Source: Rhodospirillales bacterium (lineage in GTDB: Bacteria; Pseudomonadota; Alphaproteobacteria; Rhodospirillales; Casp-alpha2). From it: a stretch of 40,858 bases of DNA. The stretch lies in assembly GCA_028282185.1 (NCBI GenBank), contig JANQIJ010000341.1:1-40858 (forward strand), in the 5' to 3' direction. The position numbers were made by a program, and so were the translations under genes. Positions 25,751 to 37,700 of this stretch are shown piece after piece. Positions within the stretch are counted from its first letter, which is position 1. Each line of letters starts with the position of its first letter. The notes beneath the pieces were generated by a model that was given only the letters and a program-made list of their open reading frames with translations, was not told where the DNA came from and did no database searches.

Positions 25751-28700
25751 CCGCGGCGGGAATGAGCCCGGTCCCCGGGACCGTGCCTTGGGGCCATGGA
25801 ACAAAACCGATTGCCCGTTCGATCGTTCCGCCCGGGTCGAGGTCATGATCGAAGACCGGGCCGCTCGGCAGCCCGACAAAGTCGCCGCCGTGTCGGCAGA
25901 CGGCGAACTGACGTTCGGTGAACTGGATCGCCTGGCCAACCGGCTCGCGTTTCACTTGGCGTCGAGGGGGGTCGGTCCCGGCAAATTCGTCCTTCTGGGG
26001 CTACGTCGTGAGTTCAGTGTTTTGATCGCCATGTTGGCCACCCTCAAATGCGGTGGCGCGTTCATTCCGGTCGATCCCGACGAGCCCCGTGAACGTCTCG
26101 CCCGAATCGCGCGTCTCGATGACGTGACGCATGTGATTTCCGATCCGTCGCTCGCGGACCTATTCGCGGAGTTCGAGTTGCAAAACCTGCTGTTCGACGT
26201 GACGGCCCTCCGGAAGATGCCCGACGCGGACCCCATCGCCGTTGATAAACAGGCCGGCGACGTCGCCTACGGCATCGCCACGTCCGGGTCCAGCGGGAGT
26301 CCCAAAACGGTGATCGTGACCCACCGGTCCGTTGTCAACCTGATCGAATGGATGGGGGCCGAGTTCGGGATCGGCCCCGAAGACCGGGTGCTTTGGGTTT
26401 CGCCCGTATCCTTCGACCTGTCGATATTCGATTTGCTTGGGATGGTCGCGTTGGGTGGAAGCCTGCGTATGGTCGACGCCGAGAAACGGCGCGACCCCGT
26501 CGCTTGTTCCGACATCCTGATGGACGAGAGGATTACCCTGTGGAATTCGACTCCTGCTCTGCTGAAGTCGGTGGTTCCGTTCCTGTCGGGGAAGGTCAAG
26601 CGCCGGGGCGAAGGCGGCTTGCGGACCGTTTTCGTGAGCGGTGACTGGGTCCCGTTGGACCTGCCGGGCGAGATGAAGACGGTGTTTCCCGATGCGGATT
26701 TCGTGTCTCTCGGCGGCGCGACGGAAGCGACCGTCTGGTCGAATTTTTTCCGTGTCGACCGGGTCGATGCCGAATGGACGAGCATTCCCTATGGACGCCC
26801 CATGCGGAATGCCCGTTATTACGTGCTGGATGAGTCGCTGAACCCATGTGCGCCGAACGAGGACGGTGAACTGTTCATCGCCGGCGCGTGCCTGGCCGCG
26901 GGCTATCTCGGCGACCCGGAACTGACGAGGGAGAGATTCCTCGCCGATCCGTTTTCCGGCGACGGCGGGGCCAGAATGTACCGCACGGGCGATCGGGCAA
27001 GAATATGGGACGACGGAACCATCGAATTGCTGGGGCGGATCGACGACCAGGTGAAGATCAGCGGATACCGTGTCGACCTCGGAGACGTCGAGGCCGCGCT
27101 CAAGCGCCTGGGTTTGAGGCAATGCGTGGCGGTGGCGGTTCCCGGCATCTCGGGGACCAGCCGCTTGGTCGCGGCAGGGGTGACCGGCCCTGAACTCGAC
27201 CTGGACGACGACTGGCGATCGAGACTCCGGGATTGGCTGCCGGGTCATATGGTGCCCGATGAATTGAGGTTCATGGAATCCTTGCCATTGACGTCCAACG
27301 GCAAGGTCGACCGCCAGGCGGTGGCGGCTCTGTTCCTCGGCGATGCGAAGCCGTCCTCTCGCCATGTCCGGGCAATTGGGAAGCAGCCGCCTTCCAACCG
27401 GCCGTCGTTGGACGGCTTGAAGGCGTTTCTCAGGTCGGAAATCGCCGAATTGAGGCCCGGCGAAGAGATGGCTTTCTCCGATGACGATCCTCTCGGGAAC
27501 GTTGGGTTGGGCTCGCTTGATTTTGCCAACCTCAGTGGCCGGTTGTTCCAAGAGTTCGGTCTGCGCGTGAGCCCCGTCGAGTTCTATGACGGTGGGACGA
27601 TCAACGCGTTCTCGAAGGCCGTTTTGGCCGCGTGGGATACGGACCCTTCGAGCGCCGTCGCGCCGCCGGATCCGGCAAGTCCGGCCCCGGAAAATGATTA
27701 TGCCGAGCCGGAAGACGACGATGCCGAGAAGGTGGCGATCATAGGTATCGCCGCGCGCGTGCCGGGGGCCGCCGACGCGGATGAATTCTGGGACGCCCTG
27801 GCCGGAGGAGACACGGCGTTCGGCCGGCCACCGGAAGCTCCGCGCAGGTCCTTGAGCGGCGAAGCGGGAGTGACGGGCGCATTTCTCGAGGACATCGACT
27901 GTTTCGACGCGAAGTTCTTCGATATCACGCCACGAGAAGCGGAAGCCATGGACCCGCGTCAACGGCTGCTTCTGGAGGCCGCTTGGACGGCCGTGGAGGA
28001 TGGCGGAGACGACCCGGGTTCGCTCGCCGGAACACGCACGGGCGTGTTCATCGGCGCCACCGGTGATGATTTTTCGCGACTCGCCCACCGGGACCCGGAC
28101 AACATTCAGGCCCATACGCTCACGGGCCTGGCCCCGTCGGTGCTGGCCAACAGGATTTCCTTTGCATTGAACCTGCGCGGCCCGAGCGAGTGTATCGACA
28201 CGGCCTGTTCGAGTTCCCTCGTGGCGCTCCATCGGGCGGTCGCTTCCATCGCCCATGGTGATTGCGACGCGGCCTTGGTCGGGGGAGTCAGTTTGATGCT
28301 CGATTGGACGACCCACGCGTCGCTCGACCGCATTGGAATGCTGTCGCCCTCGGGCATTTGCCGGACGTTCGACGCCCGGGCCGACGGGTACGTCCGCGGC
28401 GAAGGTGTGGGAGCCGTCTACTTGAAACGCGTCGAGGCGGCCCGCGCGAACGGCAATCCGATACATGCGGTGATCCTTGGGTCGGCGGTGAACCACGGTG
28501 GCCGGGGTGTTTCATTGACGGCGCCGACCCCGTCGGGGCAGAGCGCGGTCATTCGAGAGGCGATCGAGAGCGCAGGGATCGATCCCGCGACGATCGGCAT
28601 GGTCGAGGCGCATGGGACGGGCACATCGCTCGGCGATCCGATCGAAGTTCGCGGTCTGAAGGATGCCTTTGCCGAGGTCGCGGCCAAGAACGGGTTCGAC

Positions 28701-31700
28701 ACGCCCGGGGCCCGGCACTGTGCGATCGGATCGGTGAAAGCCAACATCGGGCATCTCGAGGCGGCCGCCGGAATCATCGGTTTGATCAAGGCCGTGCTGT
28801 CGGTCGGGCGCGGGCGCGTTCCGCCATTGCCATCGTTCGAACGCCTGAATGAGGAGATCAGCCTGGATAAATCGCCATTCTTCATTCCGGACGTTTGTAT
28901 CCCTTGGCCCTCGGCGGGAGACCGGCGCCGTGCCGCGGTCAGCTCGTTCGGTTTCGGTGGCGCCAACGCTCATGTCATCGTCGAATGTCCGCCTCGGAGC
29001 CGGCATGCGCCCGCCCTGCCGCGCGGGGAGGAAAAGCCGTCGGTGATTGCCGTGTCGGCGTGTACGGAAACGGCGCTGCGGCGCTACGCCGGCATCTACG
29101 CTCGCTACTTTGCCCGATTGATCGACGACGGCGCGGGCGACCATGTTCTCGGCGTGATCGGCGAGACGTCGCGCGACGGCCGATCTTCGTTCGAGCACCG
29201 TTTCGCCTGTATCGCCTCGACCTTTGATGACGCGCGCGCGGCGTTTCGGGATCTCGCCGACGGCAGGCTGTCGCCCGGCCTTTGCATGCCGGGCCAATGT
29301 GACGCGTCGCTTGAGACAGCGGCGCGGCGCTGGGTGGAGGGTGAAACAGACGATTGGCCGCCGGTGCGGGGCGGATCACCCGTTCGCCTACGTATTCCAA
29401 CCTACCCGTTTGACCGCACCCGTTATTGGCCGCGCTGGCTTGCGGCCGAGGGTCGGCGGCCCGCCCACCCGTCGACGTCCGAACCGGAAGGGAGCCGGAC
29501 CATCGATTTCTCGCCCTATGCCCCGTTTGCCGACGATCACCGGATCCATGGTCAAGCCTATATCCCCGGCGCGGTCTTCATTCATGTCATGCATGACGTG
29601 GCAAGAACGCTCATCGGCGGTTCCGAGGTTCGGTTGAAGAACCTGCGGATGCGGGCCAACATCGAGAATTCGATCCTTCCCGAGACTCTGCGCGTCCGTT
29701 GGGCAAAGGCGGAGAGCGGCTACAAAATTCGTCTCGCCGAAAGTGATTCCGGCGCCGAGTATTGCCGGGCGATCGTCATGCCGTTTGACGGCGCCACGGC
29801 CAAGGAGACGTTGCCGGAAACCCGGGATCCGGACCTGGGGCCGGAGGGGTTCTATGCCTTGTTGGGCAATTACGGGATTGCCCCGGGGCCGTCCTTGCGG
29901 GTCGTCGAGCGTGTCTACAGGTCTCATGGCGGACGCACCGGAAAACTGGCCGCCGATAGAGGACGCCACCCGTCCGGGGCGGCGTTGATCGACGGCGCCT
30001 TCCAACTCGCGCTGTTTCACCAGATCGAGACGGACGCGCCGGCCGGCTTGCCCGTTCCGGTGGCCATTGACGAGATTCGCTACCATCGCCCCCTGCCCCG
30101 CGGCGGCTGGGCTTCCGTCACATCCGAAGACGACCCGGGTTCATCGGGCACCCTTCTCAAGTCCGACCTGACCGTCTTTGATTCCGAGGGCAGGGTTTGC
30201 TTGGACCTGTCGGGAGTCTCCGCGATCCTTCATTCCGGCCCGGCGCGGTCCGAACAGCCGCGGCAGGTCGGCTTCTTCGCGCGCGAATGGGGGGGCGGCC
30301 CGGAGCGGGCCCCGCCAGACGACGGGTCGCCCAATCCGGGCCCGCCACTCGCCTTCGGATTCGGTAAGGACATCGACGAACTGACGGGCGCCGGAATGGC
30401 GGCGGCCGTCGAAGGACAGGCGGCCGCGCTCGAACCGGCCGCCGACGTGGCCAGGGCATTTGATCGGTATCGGGCGGTTTACGGCCGGACACCGCCGGTT
30501 TCGATTGTGAACATAGGGGACGAAGACTGGCGCCGCAGTCTGGAAAAACTCGCGAGAATTTCCGGGTATCTGGTTCGGCGGCCGCCAGAGGCGCCAGTCA
30601 AACTGATCACTGTTCATTTGATCGACGACGACTTGTCGCTTGTCAACGCGCTCGGTCAGGCCGCGGGCGCGTTCTGCCGATCCCTACGGATCGAGAACCC
30701 GGATATCGTGGCGTCCTCCATCGGCCTTAAGGCGACGCCCGGCGCGAGCTGGGCCCAGGGCCCTGTTTTGGAAGCGCTCAAGTCACTCTGTAACGCGGAT
30801 ACTTTGCCCGCCGAGGCGCGGCTCGACGTTTCCCGGGCCCGCTTGTCCGTGCCCGACGTAATGCCCGTCGTCGACCCCAGTCCACCGGACCTGTCGCCGA
30901 TGGCCGGCGGCGTGTACCTCGTCACGGGCGGATTGGGCGCATTGGGACGATGCATCGCCGATCACTTGACGGCGCATCACCAGGGAAAAGTGATGTTGTG
31001 CGGTCGTGCCCCCTTGGACCGGGACGGCGAGGCGTTTCTCTCTAACCTGCGGCGGGCGGGGCGAGAGATCGCGTATCTGCCGGCTGACGTGACCGACCGG
31101 TCTCAGGTTCGGCGCGCGCTTGCCCGAATCCGCGAGACCTTCGGTGCCTTGAACGGCGTGGTTCACTGCGCGGGCGTTCTTCGCGACGGTCTGCTCGCGC
31201 GAAGCAGCGAGCGGGACCTGATTGACGTTGTGGCGCCGAAGGTTGCCGGGGCGGTCCATTTGGACCTGGAGACCCAGGACGACGACCTGGATTTCTTTGC
31301 CGTTTTCTCCTCGCTGGTTTCGGCCATGGGAAATGCCGGACAGACCGGCTATGCGTTCGCCAATGGTTGGCTGAACGGTTTCGCACGGGTTCGGGATGCC
31401 CGGCGGCGGGCGGGCCGGCGGGCCGGGCGGACGGTTGCCATCGGTTGGGGGCCATGGCGGGACGGAAGCATGCGCATCCCCGAGCCGGTCTTTGAGCGGG
31501 TTCATTCACCCGCCGGCGTGAAACCGATCACGAATAGCGCCGGCGGCGCGGCCTTCGTCAGGGCGCTCGGGATGCGACGGCCCAGCCTGTTGGCGATCGC
31601 CGGCGATCAGGAAAAGGTCGCCCGTTGGCTCCGTCGGCGGCCGGACGAAACGGACGGCCTTGACAATAGGTCGGACAAGGACCCCGCGTCCGCGACGGCC

Positions 31701-34700
31701 GGCGCCTCGGGTGAGGTGGAAGCGGCGGTCACCGACATGATCCTCGATGCCTTGGTGGCGGAGTCCGGCTTGGCGCCGGATGACATCGATGCACATTCCC
31801 CGTTCGAGGATTATGGGATCGATTCCGCGTTGGTTCTCGCATTGACCGAGCGCTTGGAGGATCGTTTGGGCCCGCTTCCGAAAACGCTGTTCTTCCAATA
31901 CCGGACCGTCAGCTCGCTTGCGTCGCATCTCTCCGAAAAGTATGCGGACCAGCTCTCGGAGGTTGGGGAGAAGAAGGACGCGGCCGAAGAAGACCCCGAA
32001 AAAGATACTTCTGAAGAAGAAGCCTCGGTGCCGGCGTCGTCCCCTCCGGTCTCGGCCACGCGGGGGTCGCGCCGGGACGCGGCGGATATCGCGATCATCG
32101 GCATGGACGCGCGGTTCCCGAAAGCGGATTCCGCGGAGGCGTTCTGGAACAACCTGGCCCAGGGACTGGACTGCGTCACCGAAGTCCCGCCCGAGCGATG
32201 GGATCATCAACTGGTTGCGCCTCCCGGCGACCCCGGCTTTGGTCCCGACACCGGGTTCCGCTGGGGCGGGTTCATCAATGACGCCTATGCCTTCGACCCC
32301 CGCTTCTTCAAGGTTTCTCAGCGCGAGGCGGAAATGACCGATCCGCAAGAGCGCCAGTTCTTGATGAGCGCGTACCGCTGTTTGGAGAACGCCGGATACC
32401 CGGGACAGTCCCTGGCCGGGCGGGAGGTCGGCGTTTTCGCCGGCGTGATGTGGGGACAGTATGAAATGTGGGGCCTGGAACGGGGCAACGCGGCCTCCTC
32501 CTACGCCTCCATTGCCAACAGGGTGTCCTACTGTTTCGATTTCACCGGCCCGAGCATGGCGATCGACACCATGTGCTCGTCGTCGCTGACCGCCATTCAT
32601 CTTGCCTGCGTCAGCCTTCGGTCCGGCGAATCCCGGGCCGCCATCGCCGGTGGCGTCAATATCAACGCCCACCCGAACAAGCACTTCTTCCTTTGCAAGC
32701 GGAGGTTCGCGTCGCCGGACGGCAGGTGCCGGGCCTTCGGCGCGGAGGGCGATGGATACGTGCCGGCCGAAGGTGTGGGCACGCTGCTCATGAAAACCCG
32801 ATCGGCGGCGGAGCGTGACGGCGATGAAATCCTCGGCATCATCCGCGGCACCGCCGTCAATCACGGCGGCCGGGCGAACGGCTATACGGTTCCAAGCCCG
32901 CAAGCTCAAACCGACGTGGTGCGCGCGGCGCTTGCCGAGGCCGGGGTTCCAGCAGAGTCCATCAGCTATGTCGAGGCCCATGGAACGGGCACCTCTCTTG
33001 GCGATCCAATCGAGGTGGCGGCCTTGGCGAATGCCTTTGGCCTGGGGGACAGCGCGCCGGGCAGTTGCGCCTTGGGCTCGGTAAAGTCGAACATCGGGCA
33101 CGCGGAATCCGCCGCCGGCGTCGCGGGCGTGATCAAAGTGCTCCTGCAAATTCGCCACGCGATGCTGGCGCCCTCCATTCACTGTGAACCCATCAATCCC
33201 AATATCGACTTCGCGGGGACGCCCTTCTATGTGCCGCGAAAACTGTCCCGTTGGTCGGCGCCCGACGGCGGACCCTTGAGGGCCGGCGTCAGCAGTTTCG
33301 GTGCAACGGGCGCAAACGCGCACGTCATTCTGGAAGCGCCGTCGACGGCCGGGCCAGCGACCAGGCCGCCAACGACAAGGCAGGTGGACGGGGCCCGGCA
33401 CGTCGTTCCGCTTTCGGCGCAGACGCCTCGGCAGCTTTCGGAGTACATTCGCGCGCTTCAACATTGGCTGAGGGAGCGTTCGCCGGGCAATGAGGAGGAA
33501 CAAGGCCTGGTATTGGACGCCGGAGACCATCCGACGGACGATCAGGTCTTGACCGAAACGCTGCGGTCCATTGCCGAGGCTCTCGACATAGATCGAAGGT
33601 TGGTCTCGCCGGACGACCGGTTCGGCGACTACGGCTTGAGCCCGGAACGACGCGCCGCCATTGAAGGCGCCATCAGCGAGAAGTTCGGCCTCGGGCCCGA
33701 CCGGCCCTCGCTCGATGAACATGGGAGTCCCGCCCGCCTCGCCGCGTGGCTGTCGCACCGCGCGGGCCCGGCAGGCGGTCCGGTCCCGCCCGAGCCGCAA
33801 ATCGGTGACATCGCTTACACCTTGCAGACCGGACGCGAGCTCATGTCCGAGAGGATCACGTTTCTGGCGTATTCGACCGAGGAATTGCGCGACCTGTTGG
33901 AGATGGCCTCGGAGGCGGATTGGTCGGATTCGCGAATTATCCGGGGAACCGTCGATGGGGTGCCGGACGGGGAGGGACAATCGCCTTCGGAGCGAGAGTT
34001 CATCGCGGGCTTGGCCGACGCGGGCAAGACCGAGAAGCTCGCCGAGCTCTGGTGTCAAGGTGTCCCCCTCGACTGGACGGTCATGACACCGCGTGGATCG
34101 CGACGGCGGCTCGACCTGCCCGGCTATCCCTTTGCCCGGGTGCACTGTTGCGTTGCCGATCCGACCCTGATCGTCAGGGGCCGCGCGGGGCCGCCGCACT
34201 CCCTGATCGATTCCGTCGATTTTGCACGCAGCGCATCAACGGGATTGACCTTCCGAAAAGCCGTCTCGTCCAATTCGAAGGCCCTTCATTTGAGTCCGGA
34301 AGACGGAAACACGCATGTTCGTCTAGAGTATTTATTGGCGGTTGCCACGGCGGCGTTGCAATTGATCACGCCTGATGGCGCGCTCGAAATCGAAGAGATC
34401 GCGTGGCGTCCCGCACCCGTTTCCACGCTTTCCGTCCAGGAACTGCTGGTCCGCCTCACACCCCTGGGCGACGGTCGCCATCAAGCTCGGCTGTTCTTGG
34501 ATTCGGATCAAGAACACGTACTGGCATCCCTGGTCGGCCGGAAGGCCAGCGCCGTCGGGGACGGTCTTTCCGACTGGCCGGCATTGGCGGACGGTTGCAC
34601 GCCTGATTTCGCGCAATCGGAGGCGGCCTCGCGGTTCGACGGGTCCGGATTGCGGCTATGGGGCGGCCGTTCGGATCCGATACATGGGGCTGATCGCGTT

Positions 34701-37700
34701 CTGGTGTTTGAGGCCCAAGAACCGGTTGGTTCGGCCGACGACCCGCGCGGCGGAGAGCCGTGGTCGGCGCTGCGCGGGATTTTCCGCGCCGTGGCGCTGG
34801 CCTTGGGTGATGGCGGCGATCCGGTGGCGCATCTGGACAGGTTCGGCGTTTACGGGGACGTGCCGAAGGGCGGTCGCGTCGTGGTGGCGGTTCGCGAAGA
34901 CACCGCGCAGGCCGCTCCCATGGGACCGGCAGGGGATGTCTGCTTGGAGTTGAGCGGACTGAGCCTGCAACCCGGGCGACGGGAGGCGCCCGACGTTCAA
35001 GCGTCAGCGGATGTCCGTGAGACGATTTTCTTCCCCCAAGCGATTGAATGGAGCGACGTCGCGGGCGCGCTGACGACACCGACCGGTGAACACAAGAGCC
35101 CGCGGGCAGCGGTCATCGAGGGCCCCGGTGCCCAATTCCTCGGGCGCTCGGTGTCGGCGTCGCTGGGTGCGTCGCTGGTCGACCGGCTGGCGGTCGAAGC
35201 GGTCCCCGACCTCGGAAAATTGCAGGAATGGATCGAGGCGGTTCCCGACCTTGAGGAACTTATCTATGTCGTCGGCGGTCCGAACATCGTGCTCGGCCCC
35301 CGCGACTGTTTGTCAGGCTTGAAAGAGGCGTTATGGCCGCTGCTGGCCTTCGCGAAGGTATTGGAGGCCAGAGGGCCTTCGGGTGGGCGTTCGGGCGGCG
35401 GCCCGGCCCTTAGACTCATGACCCTTGGTGCCCATCGCACGGAAAACGAGCCGATCAATCCGGTCGCGGCGGCGGTGGCGGCGCTGGCTCGGTCGATCGC
35501 CAAGGAACACAGATCCGCGGATATTTCCTCCATCGACTTGACGGCGGCCGCGAAGGCCGCGGAGATCAACGCCTCCGTGAATCAGGCACTGAGAATTCTC
35601 CGCGACCCGGATCGTCCCGCGACGATCACGGCATTGCGCGGAGGGCGCCTATACTCTCCACATCTGGCGCCGATGTCGGCGGGCCGTGGCAACGGCCATA
35701 CTGTTTTTTCCGAAGGTGATTGCTTTGTCATCGTGGGCGGTAGCGGTGCCGTCGGCCGCCAGTTGAGCGAGGCTTTGGCGGAACGGTTTGGGGCGCGGAT
35801 TCATTGGTTCGGACGCCGAGAGAGATTGCCCGGCCTGTCCGAGGCCCAGAAACGCATCGAGGGTCTGGGCGGCCGTCTTTCATACCACGGCGCGGACGTG
35901 ACGGATCCCGTCCAATTGCAATCCGCATTTGACGCCGTCTGTTCATCCGGTGAGCGGATCAAGGCCGTTTTCCATTGTGCCATGGACTTTGAAATCATGC
36001 GTTTGGCCGAGGGCGATCCGGCGGACTTGTCAAAATTCATCAAGGCGAAAACGATCGGCACCATCAATCTGCTCGAGACACAGGATCAATATCCCGTCGA
36101 CCACATGGTGTTGATGTCCTCGGCGGAGGTCTTCGCGGGAAATCCGGGCTGGGGCGCTTACGCCTGTGCCTGTGCGTTTCAAGATGCCGTCGCGCAGCAA
36201 TGCGGTCCGAACATGCCCGGGCATCTGATCAGTATCGACTGGGGATACTGGGACGGATCCGGCCGCGGGAATCCGTCGACGCTTGCCGCCAAGGGTGTAT
36301 ATCCGATCAAGGCGGCGAAGGCCGTCGATGCGCTGGAGAGGCTGCTCCACACGGACGTGATACGGTGCGCCGCCATCGACGTCGGTCCCGCCGTCCTCGA
36401 TAAACTCGGACTCTCGCCGCCGTCCGACGCGGTTCGGCGCTATTCAACGCCACGACCCGAAGCGCCGGCAACCGCGCAAGAAAAGGCAGAAGGCCCTGCG
36501 GGCGAGGAAAACACGCGATCGGACGGCGCCATGCGTTCCGTTCCGCCGCCGTCTACGCCCGCCCAGGCGTCGCTGACGGCGGCGCCGCGCGCAGGTCATC
36601 ATGATGTCGCCCCGCCGGCGGCGGAGAGTGAATTGAAAACCGAAGAGAGGTTAAAAATACTGCTGGGCCAAACCTTGCGAATTGATCCGGCGGAAATCGA
36701 GTCTGACACGGACCTTGCGGTGTACGGCGTGGACTCCATCACAATTGTCGATTTTTCGGTGTTGATCGAGGAGGCATTCGGACAACTGCCGGTCGAGGAT
36801 ATCATCGACCTGACGACCGTCCGGGCGATCGCGGAGTATGTGGATGGCCTCCCGGCGACGGGACCGCCGGTCACCGACGCTGGATCCCGGGTGAAACAGG
36901 ACGAGACGTGTCCGGACGAGACGTTGCAAGAACCGGACGGCGGCCTGACGGATCAAGCCCTTGCCGGTCCGCGTGATGCGGACGGTCAGGGCCGAGACAC
37001 CGTTTCCGAAAGGCCATCGGCGGCCGGCGGGCCCCGGTCGCCGGCGTCCGCGCCGCCGGATGGGGCGGGATCGCTCTTATTGGATTACCCGCGCCACTTC
37101 CATCGAGACGAGGCCGCGACGAACGAGACCACCACTCGGGGCGCCTTGAACGGCAGTCTTCAGATCCGCATGGTCGGGCCGTCGCCGGAATCCGCGACCG
37201 AGGTCGTCTCCTGTGGGGACGGCCGGCCGATCATCTGTCTGCCGGGCATCGGGCTGACGGCGCCGATTTTTCATCATCAGTACGACGCGCTTACCCGGGA
37301 TCGGCGGTTGCTGACCATTCATGCGCCGGGCCATGGCCGCAGCGCGCCGCCGGCCCATGCCTCGGTCGATGCCCTGGTGGAAACCCTCGCCGAGACTCTC
37401 GCCCTGATGAAGATCGAGGGGCCCGTGGACCTGATCGCGTCGTGTTTCGGCACGGTTCCCGCCCTCCGCCTGGCGCATCGAATGCCAGAGCGGGTTCGCT
37501 CCCTGTGCCTCTGCGGCGCGTTTTCCGAGGACGAGGACCTGGCCGCCATTCCCACGGAAGGTCTCTCGGCGAAAGACATCGCCGATCTGACGATGGCCGC
37601 CGCGGAATCCCTGACCAGGGATTTTGACGGCCTGATGGATGCGCCGGAGAACAGCCGCCGCCGCCCGCAAATCGAATCCGCTCGGAAGGTCCTGGTCGCG

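Noticed and set aside
20930-33340. Recurrent similar DNA segments (e.g. GTCGAGGCGCATGG..ACGGG) as a repeat family
   Set aside because: Explained by conserved motifs of the three paralogous KS domains.
18308-34199. Long antisense ORFs (18308-21193, 22748-24238, 26160-28496, 31506-34199 and similar)
   Set aside because: These are shadow frames of GC-rich megasynthase genes, Arg/Pro/Gly-rich and without domain motifs.
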